NCBI GenBank assembly: GCA_043813075.1
Contig: JBDRLL010000034.1
Span: forward strand, 1-10,149
Reading direction: 5' to 3'
From: Candidatus Altiarchaeota archaeon
GTDB lineage: Archaea; Altiarchaeota; Altiarchaeia; IMC4; SCGC-AAA252-I15
DNA: 10,149 nt
The position numbers and the translations under genes are program-made. Each line of letters starts with the position of its first letter. The first letter of the stretch is position 1. Under the pieces are notes generated by a model. That model ran no database searches, was not told where the DNA came from, and was given only the letters and a program-made list of their open reading frames with translations. Below, piece by piece: positions 1 through 6,791 of the stretch.

Positions 1-19
1 GGACTGACAGTGTCAGTCC
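1..19. repeat. Perfect 9-bp inverted repeat (GGACTGACA-G-TGTCAGTCC), possibly cut by the window edge
   Basis: Positions 1-9 are the exact reverse complement of 11-19. The repeat is GC-rich and sits next to a very AT-rich stretch. Confidence 0.85.
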
Positions 20-36
20 TATCCCACCAGGCCCGC

Positions 37-138
37 AAAAAAACGTATCTTATATATTAAAGAATTTTTTTGTATTATATGGTTTTTTCTTGTTTTTTAT
101 AAGATTGTTTTTATTTTGAGATACGTATTATTGTAGAA
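37..138. promoter_or_regulatory. AT-rich intergenic region with probable divergent archaeal promoters
   Basis: Plus-strand TATA-like TTTTATAAG at about 95-103. Minus-strand TATA-like TTAATATATAAG at about 60->49. Both contain TATAAGAT (98-105 and its reverse complement 47-54). Confidence 0.5.
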
Positions 139-327
139 ATGCGGAAACACGAGTGGATTTACCCGGAACTCCGGTTCATAGAGGCGAACAAGACCAAGTG
201 CTCTATCGGAGAGCTGACAGAGCTGCTGAACAACAACTTCCACAAGGGTGCGGGCATAAGGAGCACGCAGGATGTTGAACACATACTCCGCAAGAAGAAC
301 ATACTGAACAAGAACTCCAATCTTTAA
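139..327 (+). CDS. Small basic hypothetical protein, Myb/SANT- or HTH-like
   Basis: 62-aa ATG ORF immediately after the AT-rich promoter region, with G/C-ending codons like its neighbours. The pattern W-x3-(E)L-x-F...ELTELLN-x2-F...RS-x2-DV-x2-IL resembles small three-helix DNA-binding domains. Confidence 0.6.
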   Translation: MRKHEWIYPELRFIEANKTKCSIGELTELLNNNFHKGAGIRSTQDVEHILRKKNILNKNSNL

Positions 328-347
328 ACACCCAGGCGTATTATAGT

Positions 348-2480
348 GTGATGAAATCATCCGAGACGCAGAAAGATGCGCTGATAGTCTTCACGGCCGC
401 CATGATAGTCTATTTGGCGACCATATGCCCGACCATCGCGGCAGGGGATAGTGGGGACTTGGTGACTGCCGCATACACGCTCGGCATCGCGCATCCCGCC
501 GGATACCCGCTATACACTTTACTCGGGAAACTGTTTACCCTAATACCCTACGGGTCAATAGCCTTCAGGGTCAACCTGCTTTCGGCTGTCGCCGCTGCCG
601 GGGCTGCGGCAGTAAGCTGTATGAGTGTGAGGCTTCTGACGAAAGACAGGATAGCTGCTGTTGGCGCGGGATTGGCGGTCGCATTCACTCATGAACTCTG
701 GAATCAGGCGCTCATCGCAGAGGCTTACACCCTAAACGCTTTCTTCATGGCCGTTTTCTTGTATCTCATTCTGTTGTGGAGGAGGGAGAAGAATGTGAAT
801 CACCTCTACCAGATAGGGTTGGCGTACGGGCTGGGTCTCGCCAACCACATATCACTGGCATTCTTCATACCATTCTTCGCATACTTCATAGTAGCCACTG
901 ACAGGAAGGCTATTGACTCTAAGACAGCTTCGAGGATAATCGCTTTGATGCTGGTGGGAGTGTCTTTGTACGCTTACCTGCCGTTGAGGGCTATGATGGA
1001 GCCAGCATACAACTGGGGTGACCCGAGCAGCATAGACCGGTTTGTGGTGCACGTCAGCGGCTTCGTGCACAGACAGTTGTACGCTTACCCTAATGTGAAG
1101 ACAGACTTTGTGAAAAGGGCGGCGGACGGTTTAGGCGTAGTCTTAAGGCAGTATTCCTTCCTGTGGATATTCGCGCTAGTGGGGCTTAATGCGTTGAGGA
1201 AGGACAGGCGGCTCCTAGAGTTCACGTTGGGTGTTTCTGTTATGGACTTCACGTACACCGTGTTTCTGAATATAGTCTCCATGGACATAACCGCATTCGA
1301 GATACCGACGACCATAATAGCCAGCCTGTGGGTTGGGGTTGGGTTGAGCGTGGGGATGAGGGAGTATTTGGGGGAAAACAATAAGCACAAGATCCTGGTG
1401 GTTGTTGCTGCCGTAGGATTCCTTATGGCAAGCAACTACGGCTCGAACAACTATAGCAACAACCTGGTGGCATACGACTATGGCATGAACGTATTGAACA
1501 GTGTTGACGAGAACGCAGTCATATTCGCGGACGGAGACAACAACATACTCATGCTAGCATATCTTCTTCAAGCGGAAGGCATGAGGCCTGACGTGACGAT
1601 GATAGAGAGGTCAGGATTCCTAAGTCACAAGGTATACGGCAATGACTTCCTATTCCTGCCGGAAGGCGAGCACCAGAAGAGGCAGGACAGTGTGGAAAGG
1701 GAGTACATTGACTCTGGCAGGCCAGTCTACTACACTGTCAGGAGGGATATGGAGGCCTTCCCTGGGAAGACGCTTGAACAGTATGGTCTCGTCTTCATGG
1801 TGGTTGATGAGGGGGAGGGGATGTTAGATGACGCTGAAGTGTGGGGTAAGTACGTTCTTAGGGGGGCGGAAGATTCGTCAGTGAGCAAGGACTACATGAC
1901 TAGGGACATAATCGCGACATACCACACTCGGAGGGGGGAGCACTATTTCAGGAGTGGCAACAGCATGAAGGCGATTGATGAGTTGGGTGTCGCCAGCAGG
2001 GAGACGCCAGACAACTATGTGATACACTATAACCTGGGCAACATATACCTGAAGGAGGGCATGCCGGAAAACGCGGCCTACGAGTTTGAGAAGGCGATCG
2101 TGCTCGAGCCTAACGAGCCGAACTCCCACAACAACCTTGGTTATGCATATGTCAAGATGGGGAGGGACGCTGACGCCAAGAAAGAGTACCTTAAGGCACT
2201 TCAGATAGACCCGGGATACACTAAAGCCAGGTTTAATCTTGCAGGCATATTGCTGCAGACAGGGCGGGTTAACGAGGCGTTAACAGAGTACGAGAACATC
2301 ATAAGGATAGACCCGTCCTACGCGTCAGCCTACCGGAACGCAGGGGGGATATATTATAACATGGGTCAGAGGAAGAAGGCTCTGGAATACTGGAGCACAT
2401 ACGTGAAGCTGGAGCCTGAAGACCCTGTTGCCGTTGAGATAAAGGCTAAGATGCTTGAGATGGGGGTAACGGCGGAATAG
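348..2480 (+). CDS. DUF2723/TMEM260-family multi-pass membrane glycosyltransferase (GT-C fold) with C-terminal TPR repeats
   Basis: N-terminal signature GDSGDLVTAAYTLGIAHPAGYPLYTLLGKLF, many hydrophobic helices up to about aa 365, and AYLPLRA..P.YNWGDP. About 5 TPR motifs follow (HYNLGNIY, HNNLGYAY, RFNLAGIL, YRNAGGIY). The start is GTG 348 or ATG 351. Confidence 0.9.
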   Translation: MMKSSETQKDALIVFTAAMIVYLATICPTIAAGDSGDLVTAAYTLGIAHPAGYPLYTLLGKLFTLIPYGSIAFRVNLLSAVAAAGAAAVSCMSVRLLTKDRIAAVGAGLAVAFTHELWNQALIAEAYTLNAFFMAVFLYLILLWRREKNVNHLYQIGLAYGLGLANHISLAFFIPFFAYFIVATDRKAIDSKTASRIIALMLVGVSLYAYLPLRAMMEPAYNWGDPSSIDRFVVHVSGFVHRQLYAYPNVKTDFVKRAADGLGVVLRQYSFLWIFALVGLNALRKDRRLLEFTLGVSVMDFTYTVFLNIVSMDITAFEIPTTIIASLWVGVGLSVGMREYLGENNKHKILVVVAAVGFLMASNYGSNNYSNNLVAYDYGMNVLNSVDENAVIFADGDNNILMLAYLLQAEGMRPDVTMIERSGFLSHKVYGNDFLFLPEGEHQKRQDSVEREYIDSGRPVYYTVRRDMEAFPGKTLEQYGLVFMVVDEGEGMLDDAEVWGKYVLRGAEDSSVSKDYMTRDIIATYHTRRGEHYFRSGNSMKAIDELGVASRETPDNYVIHYNLGNIYLKEGMPENAAYEFEKAIVLEPNEPNSHNNLGYAYVKMGRDADAKKEYLKALQIDPGYTKARFNLAGILLQTGRVNEALTEYENIIRIDPSYASAYRNAGGIYYNMGQRKKALEYWSTYVKLEPEDPVAVEIKAKMLEMGVTAE

Positions 2481-2484
2481 TCGG

Positions 2485-2490
2485 TTTTTT
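2485..2490 (+). terminator. Oligo-T tract, possible archaeal terminator
   Basis: TTTTTT begins 5 nt after the TAG stop at 2480. Confidence 0.3.
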
Positions 2491-2514
2491 AGACCCTTAC
2501 GTTAATATTTAATA

Positions 2515-3666
2515 ATGGAACGAGGGGTGGTATGGGACATTCTGGGAGAATACGACCTAGATAACGCAAAGGTCGGGGTTCTAGCATCCCATTCGGCGCT
2601 AGACGTTGCTGACGGCGCCATAGAGGAGGGATTCCACACCATACTGTACTGCAGGAGGGGGCGTGAACGAACTTACGCAAACTACTTCAAGAGCAGGAGA
2701 GTCGGGGGTAAGGTCGTGCGTGGGATGGTCGACGAATTCCGGGTCTACGGCAAGTTCGATGAAATGCTTTCTGAGAAAGAGCAGGATGCTATGAGGAAGA
2801 ACAACGTCCTGTTCATACCGAACCGCTCCTTCACATCCTACATAGACATAGGCAGGATTGAGGAGGAATTCAAGGTCCCGATGGTCGGCAACCGGAACAT
2901 GCTAAGGAGCGAGGAGCGCGGTGAAGAGCAGGACTACTACTGGCTGCTCGAGAAGGCAGGCCTCCCGTTCCCAGAGAGGATAAGTAATCCTGACGATATC
3001 GACGAGTTGTGCATAGTGAAACTGCACCACGCGGAGAAGAAGCTGGAGAGGGGCTTCTTCACTGCTTCAAGCAGGAGCGAGTACGACAGGAAGTCTGGGG
3101 AACTGCTTAAGCGCGGTGTGATAACCCAGGATTCCCTGGATAACGCTAGGATAGAGAGGTACATCATAGGCCCCGTATTCAACCTGGACTTCTTCTACAA
3201 CCCGATTGAAGACGAGTTGGAGAAGCTGGAGTTGATTGGAGTGGACTGGAGGTTCGAATCCAGCCTAGACGGGCACGTGAGGCTTCCAGCCCAACAGCAG
3301 ATGGGATTGAATGAACGGCAGGCCATACCAGAGTACACCGTGTGCGGGCACAATAGCGCCACATTAAGGGAGTCACTGCTTGAGAAGGCTTTTGAACTGG
3401 GGGAGAAGTACGTTAAGGCAAGCAAGGAGCATTATGACCCGGGGGTTATAGGCGCCTTCTGCCTGCAGACGTGTGTTGACAAGGACCTTAAGTTCCACAT
3501 ATACGACGTTGCTCCGAGGATAGGCGGGGGCACCAACGTGCATGTGGCTGTAGGCCACCCGTATGGCAACGCATTGTGGAGGAGGCCTGTCAGCACAGGG
3601 AGGAGGACTGCGATGCTCATCCGGGAGGCTATTGAGAAGGATAAGGTGGGGGAGATAGTCACATGA
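2515..3666 (+). CDS. PurP-family ATP-grasp protein (formate-AICAR ligase-like), divergent paralog
   Basis: GVLASHSALDVADGAIEEGF, IPNRSF, GNRNMLRSEER, SATLRESLLEK, GAFCLQ and DVAPRIGGGTN are PurP-family motifs. The Gly-rich ATP loop is replaced by VKLHHAEKKLERGFF. Confidence 0.88.
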   Translation: MERGVVWDILGEYDLDNAKVGVLASHSALDVADGAIEEGFHTILYCRRGRERTYANYFKSRRVGGKVVRGMVDEFRVYGKFDEMLSEKEQDAMRKNNVLFIPNRSFTSYIDIGRIEEEFKVPMVGNRNMLRSEERGEEQDYYWLLEKAGLPFPERISNPDDIDELCIVKLHHAEKKLERGFFTASSRSEYDRKSGELLKRGVITQDSLDNARIERYIIGPVFNLDFFYNPIEDELEKLELIGVDWRFESSLDGHVRLPAQQQMGLNERQAIPEYTVCGHNSATLRESLLEKAFELGEKYVKASKEHYDPGVIGAFCLQTCVDKDLKFHIYDVAPRIGGGTNVHVAVGHPYGNALWRRPVSTGRRTAMLIREAIEKDKVGEIVT

Positions 3667-4754
3667 GCGATGTTATAAGGGAGGTGAGGGCTATTGCAGG
3701 GGATTATGATGAGGATAACCTCACAATAGCCACCATAGGAAGCCACTCTGCACTCAACATATTCAAGGGCGCGAGGGATGAGGGATTCAAGACCGTGTGT
3801 GTCGCTGTGAAAGGAAGGGAGAGGGTCTATAAGTACTTCAACCTGGTTGACGAGTTCATCTACGTCGACGATATGAGCCAATTACTGGATGATGAAGTCC
3901 AGGAGAAGCTTAGGGGGCTTAACAGCATCGTCGTGCCGCACGGCAGCTTCAACGCCTACATAGACCAGGACCGTATGGAGAAGGAGTTCAAGGTACCTCT
4001 CTTGGGGAATAGGGGTTTGAACAAGTGGGAGACCTCGAGGATAATGCAGCACGAGTGGCTGCGGAAGGCGGGGCTTAAGGTGCCGCAGATATACAAGTCG
4101 ATAGACGAGCTGAGGGAAGGGCTTGCTTTCGTGAAGTTCCCGGGGGCGAAGGGGGGCAAGGGGTATTTCGTGGTTGACTCTCCTGACGCGTTCGAGAAGA
4201 AACTCAAGACCATGGTGAAGAACAAGCTGGTTACTGAGGAGGAGGCTGAACATCCCTACATACAGGAGTACATCATAGGAGTCACCATATACCCCCACTA
4301 TTTCTACTCAGCATTGTCGGATGAGACAGAGTTCCTTGGTTTGGACAAGAGGTATGAGTCCAGCGTGGACGGGATATTCCGGATACCGGTTCCAGAGCAG
4401 CTGGCGCAGGAGATAAGCCCAACATTCAGCATAGTGGGGAACTTTCCCATGGTCGTCAGGGAAAGCCTGCTGAACGACATATTCGACATAGGAGAGAAGA
4501 TAGTGGACGAATCACAGAAGATACAGCCTCCGGGGGTGCTGGGCCCCTTCTGCCTTGAGACCATATGCACTGAGGACATGCAGTTGGTGGCATTCGAGAT
4601 TTCAACCAGGATAGTGGCAGGATGCAATGTCAACATACCCACAAACCCGTACGCGTACCTGAAGTACGGGGAAAACATGTATATGGGCAGGAGGATAGCC
4701 AGGGAAGTAAAAGAGGCGGTTAATGCAGGCAGAATAAGGGAGGTCGTAACATAG
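3663..4754 (+). CDS. purP: 5-formaminoimidazole-4-carboxamide ribonucleotide (FAICAR) synthetase PurP
   Basis: IATIGSHSALNIFKGARDEGF, VPHGSF, VKFPGAKGGKGYF, RESLL, GPFCLE and FEISTRIVAG. Overlaps the upstream paralog by ATGA (3663-3666). Confidence 0.9.
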   Translation: MSDVIREVRAIAGDYDEDNLTIATIGSHSALNIFKGARDEGFKTVCVAVKGRERVYKYFNLVDEFIYVDDMSQLLDDEVQEKLRGLNSIVVPHGSFNAYIDQDRMEKEFKVPLLGNRGLNKWETSRIMQHEWLRKAGLKVPQIYKSIDELREGLAFVKFPGAKGGKGYFVVDSPDAFEKKLKTMVKNKLVTEEEAEHPYIQEYIIGVTIYPHYFYSALSDETEFLGLDKRYESSVDGIFRIPVPEQLAQEISPTFSIVGNFPMVVRESLLNDIFDIGEKIVDESQKIQPPGVLGPFCLETICTEDMQLVAFEISTRIVAGCNVNIPTNPYAYLKYGENMYMGRRIAREVKEAVNAGRIREVVT

Positions 4755-4756
4755 GT

Positions 4757-4822
4757 AAAAAGTGTTTTTATAGAGTGGGTTTAATAATTATCTGATAGCA
4801 TCATATTCAAAAATAGAGGTGA
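4757..4822 (+). promoter_or_regulatory. BRE/TATA-like promoter and Shine-Dalgarno for the 87-aa ORF
   Basis: Purine-rich AAAAAGTG (4757-4764) is followed by TTTTTATA (4765-4772). GAGGTGA at 4816-4822 lies 6 nt before ATG 4829. Confidence 0.6.
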
Positions 4823-4828
4823 AAAATA

Positions 4829-5092
4829 ATGGGAGACGTAGAAGGACCAGGAGGGGTGAACCCTGACAGAGTTGGAATATACATGGACGTACTTGACAAC
4901 ATAATAAGCGACTTGAATGATAACCCTGAACTACAGAAGGTTTTTGGCGTTCCAGTGTCACGCGCACTGGTTGTAGTGGCAGACAACAACGACCTAAGGA
5001 TCGAGGATGGTGGCCGTGTGCCGCTTACTGAAGAACAGCAGAACGCGTTCCTAAGGGTTTTGGACGAGGTAATAAGGGCCAACTCCGTTTGA
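4829..5092 (+). CDS. Small acidic hypothetical protein
   Basis: 87-aa ORF with a strong SD, its own promoter-like region and an amphipathic helix/strand pattern. No family recognised. Confidence 0.8.
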   Translation: MGDVEGPGGVNPDRVGIYMDVLDNIISDLNDNPELQKVFGVPVSRALVVVADNNDLRIEDGGRVPLTEEQQNAFLRVLDEVIRANSV

Positions 5093-5096
5093 GGAG

Positions 5097-5378
5097 GTGG
5101 ATCCAGTCAGGCATTCAAGGGATGGCACCCTAATAGACGTTCAGATAGTTCCGAAATCCAGTAGGGAATCTATACGTTATTCTGGGGGTCAGATACGTGT
5201 TTGGGTTAAAAGCCCTCCAGAGAAGAATAAGGCCAACAGCGACGTTCAAAGGATTTTGGAGGGAGTCTTTGGGGAATGCAGGATTGTTAGGGGGCATTCT
5301 TCGAGGAGGAAAACCATCCTTTTAGAGCGTCAAACCCTTGAGAAAGTGCTTGAAAAACTGGATAGCCTTAGTGAATGA
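5097..5378 (+). CDS. DUF167/UPF0235 (YggU-like) protein
   Basis: Motifs V.IVPKSSRESI, IRVWVKSPPEKNKAN and IVRGHSSRRKTI. GTG start lies 4 nt after the upstream stop, with GAGGAG immediately before it. Confidence 0.88.
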   Translation: MDPVRHSRDGTLIDVQIVPKSSRESIRYSGGQIRVWVKSPPEKNKANSDVQRILEGVFGECRIVRGHSSRRKTILLERQTLEKVLEKLDSLSE

Positions 5379-5385
5379 CCGTGAT

Positions 5386-5401
5386 TGGCATTTATATGCC
5401 A
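5386..5401 (+). promoter_or_regulatory. TATA box (TTTATAT 5391-5397) embedded in the palindrome TGGCAT-TTAT-ATGCCA; likely dnaG promoter
   Basis: Best TATA match in the 5' part of the intergenic region, flanked by 6-bp inverted arms 5386-5391 and 5396-5401. Confidence 0.5.
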
Positions 5402-5434
5402 TGAATACGTGAAAATATACTCAGTCAAACTCAT

Positions 5435-5533
5435 AGTCAAGACATAATCACTTTCATCGCCTAATAGGATTTAGGAACTTGGTTAAGGCAACCCGGAGTA
5501 AGGGGTCTTATTCTTGACTTGCAGCACAGGCTG
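5435..5533 (+). ncRNA. Candidate structured RNA (cis-regulatory 5' leader or sRNA) upstream of dnaG
   Basis: A 12-bp outer stem (5435-5447 with 5508-5519, one bulged C) encloses two hairpins (5460-5475 and 5477-5499). A small hairpin follows at 5522-5533. Pairing was worked out by eye. Confidence 0.5.
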
Positions 5534-5557
5534 AGGAAAATAGAGGGACTATAAATA

Positions 5558-5564
5558 GAGGTGA
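5558..5564 (+). promoter_or_regulatory. Shine-Dalgarno of dnaG
   Basis: GAGGTGA lies 5 nt before ATG 5570. Confidence 0.75.
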
Positions 5565-5569
5565 TATGA

Positions 5570-6721
5570 ATGGCTAAAGCACCATCAGACACTGTGAAAT
5601 ACAATATTTACGCAGAAATCACGATAGACGGCGTAGTAGAGAAGCCGGATGTTGTGGGGGCACTATTCGGACAATCAGAGGGGCTTCTGGGAGAAGACCT
5701 TGAGTTAAGAGACCTGCAGAAGACAGGCAGGGTTGGGCGTATAGAAGTAGACATAAAGACTAAAGGCGGGAAATCGGCTGGAAGAATCGTCGTTCCATCA
5801 AGCCTTGACATGGTGGAGACATCCATCATAGCGGCGACCATAGAGACAGTAGACCGCGTAGGCCCATGCAACGCTAAGATAAGGGTGTTGAATGTGGAGG
5901 ACGCTAGGAGTAGTAAGAGGAAGAATATGGTCGACAGGGCCAAGATAATACTCAAAAAGATGATGTCTGAGGAGATACCGGAGAGTACGGAGATAACAGA
6001 CGAGGTGAGGAAGGCCGTGCAGTTAGGCGAGATAACGAGTTATAAGGGAATGCCTTCAGGCCCTGGGATAGAGGCTGCAGAAAGCGTCATACTTGTTGAG
6101 GGACGTGCGGACGTTCTTAACCTCTTGAAGTCAGGCATAAAGAATGTTGTCGCAGTCGGCGGCACCAACATCCCGAAGCAGATTAGCGAGCTAAGCAAGG
6201 CCAAGACGACGATAGCCTTCGTGGACGGGGATCGCGGCGGGGACATCATACTTAAGGAGTTGATGCAGGTCGCAGACATAGACTTCGTTGCGAAAGCGTC
6301 TCAGGGGAAGGAGGTTGAGGACCTGGGCAAGAAGGAGGTAATAATGTCTTTGAGGCGGAAGGTCCCTTCAGACCAGATAAAGGTCGGGTGGAAGAACGGT
6401 AAGGGCGTTGACACCATAATTGAGGCGAGCAGCGGAGTGGATTATAAGGCGGAGTTGGATGCCGTCAAGGGTAAGCTGATTGCAAGGCTTTTCGACAAGA
6501 ACGGGGAGATGATTGCTGAGATAGAGATCAAGGACTTGATAAACACTATTGGCGGGGTTCACCCACACACGGTAGTCTTGGATGGCATAATAACCCAACG
6601 CCTGATTGACGCAGCATCAAAGAGCGAGGTCAAGAACCTTGCGGGAGTCAACAAGGCGGCGGACATAACAGACAACAGGGGAATCAACATCGTATCTGAA
6701 AAGGATGCGACTGCCGCGTGA
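5570..6721 (+). CDS. dnaG: Archaeal DnaG (bacterial-type primase TOPRIM protein, exosome-associated)
   Basis: Archaeal N-terminus KY.I.AEI.IDGVVEKPDVVGALFGQSEGLLG.DLELRDLQKTGRVGRIEV. TOPRIM motifs ILVEGRADV and FVDGDRGG, and C-terminal DGIITQRLID. Confidence 0.96.
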   Translation: MAKAPSDTVKYNIYAEITIDGVVEKPDVVGALFGQSEGLLGEDLELRDLQKTGRVGRIEVDIKTKGGKSAGRIVVPSSLDMVETSIIAATIETVDRVGPCNAKIRVLNVEDARSSKRKNMVDRAKIILKKMMSEEIPESTEITDEVRKAVQLGEITSYKGMPSGPGIEAAESVILVEGRADVLNLLKSGIKNVVAVGGTNIPKQISELSKAKTTIAFVDGDRGGDIILKELMQVADIDFVAKASQGKEVEDLGKKEVIMSLRRKVPSDQIKVGWKNGKGVDTIIEASSGVDYKAELDAVKGKLIARLFDKNGEMIAEIEIKDLINTIGGVHPHTVVLDGIITQRLIDAASKSEVKNLAGVNKAADITDNRGINIVSEKDATAA

Positions 6722-6768
6722 GGGATAGGATGGTGCGTCTTGAACGCACTATTCACCCCTTCTTTTTT
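6721..6768 (+). terminator. Hairpin plus U-tract terminator-like element after dnaG
   Basis: GGATGGTGCGT (6728-6738) pairs with ACGCACTATTC (6744-6754), including 2 G-U pairs, around a CTTGA loop. An outer AGGG/CCCT stem and TCTTTTTT (6761-6768) follow. Confidence 0.65.
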
Positions 6769-6791
6769 AACAACAGCGTCACGATAATTAA

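Noticed and set aside
1-29. Plus-strand tRNA 3' end (...CCCACCA)
   Set aside because: No TTCRA T-loop at the required distance upstream of the CCA.
97-360. 87-aa minus-strand ORF
   Set aside because: It is antisense to the better-supported 139-327 ORF, overlaps the next gene's start and runs into low-complexity AT-rich promoter sequence.
1900-2420. Repetitive structure at the 3' end of the glycosyltransferase gene
   Set aside because: It is explained by degenerate protein-level TPR repeats, not a DNA repeat array or CRISPR.
5566-5577. Mini-ORF ATG AAT GGC TAA overlapping the dnaG start
   Set aside because: It lies only 1 nt from the SD, and ATG 5570 has the appropriate spacing.
6722-6730. 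GGGATAGGA matches the reverse complement of 17-25
   Set aside because: A single 9-mer match is expected by chance in 10 kb and there is no flanking similarity.
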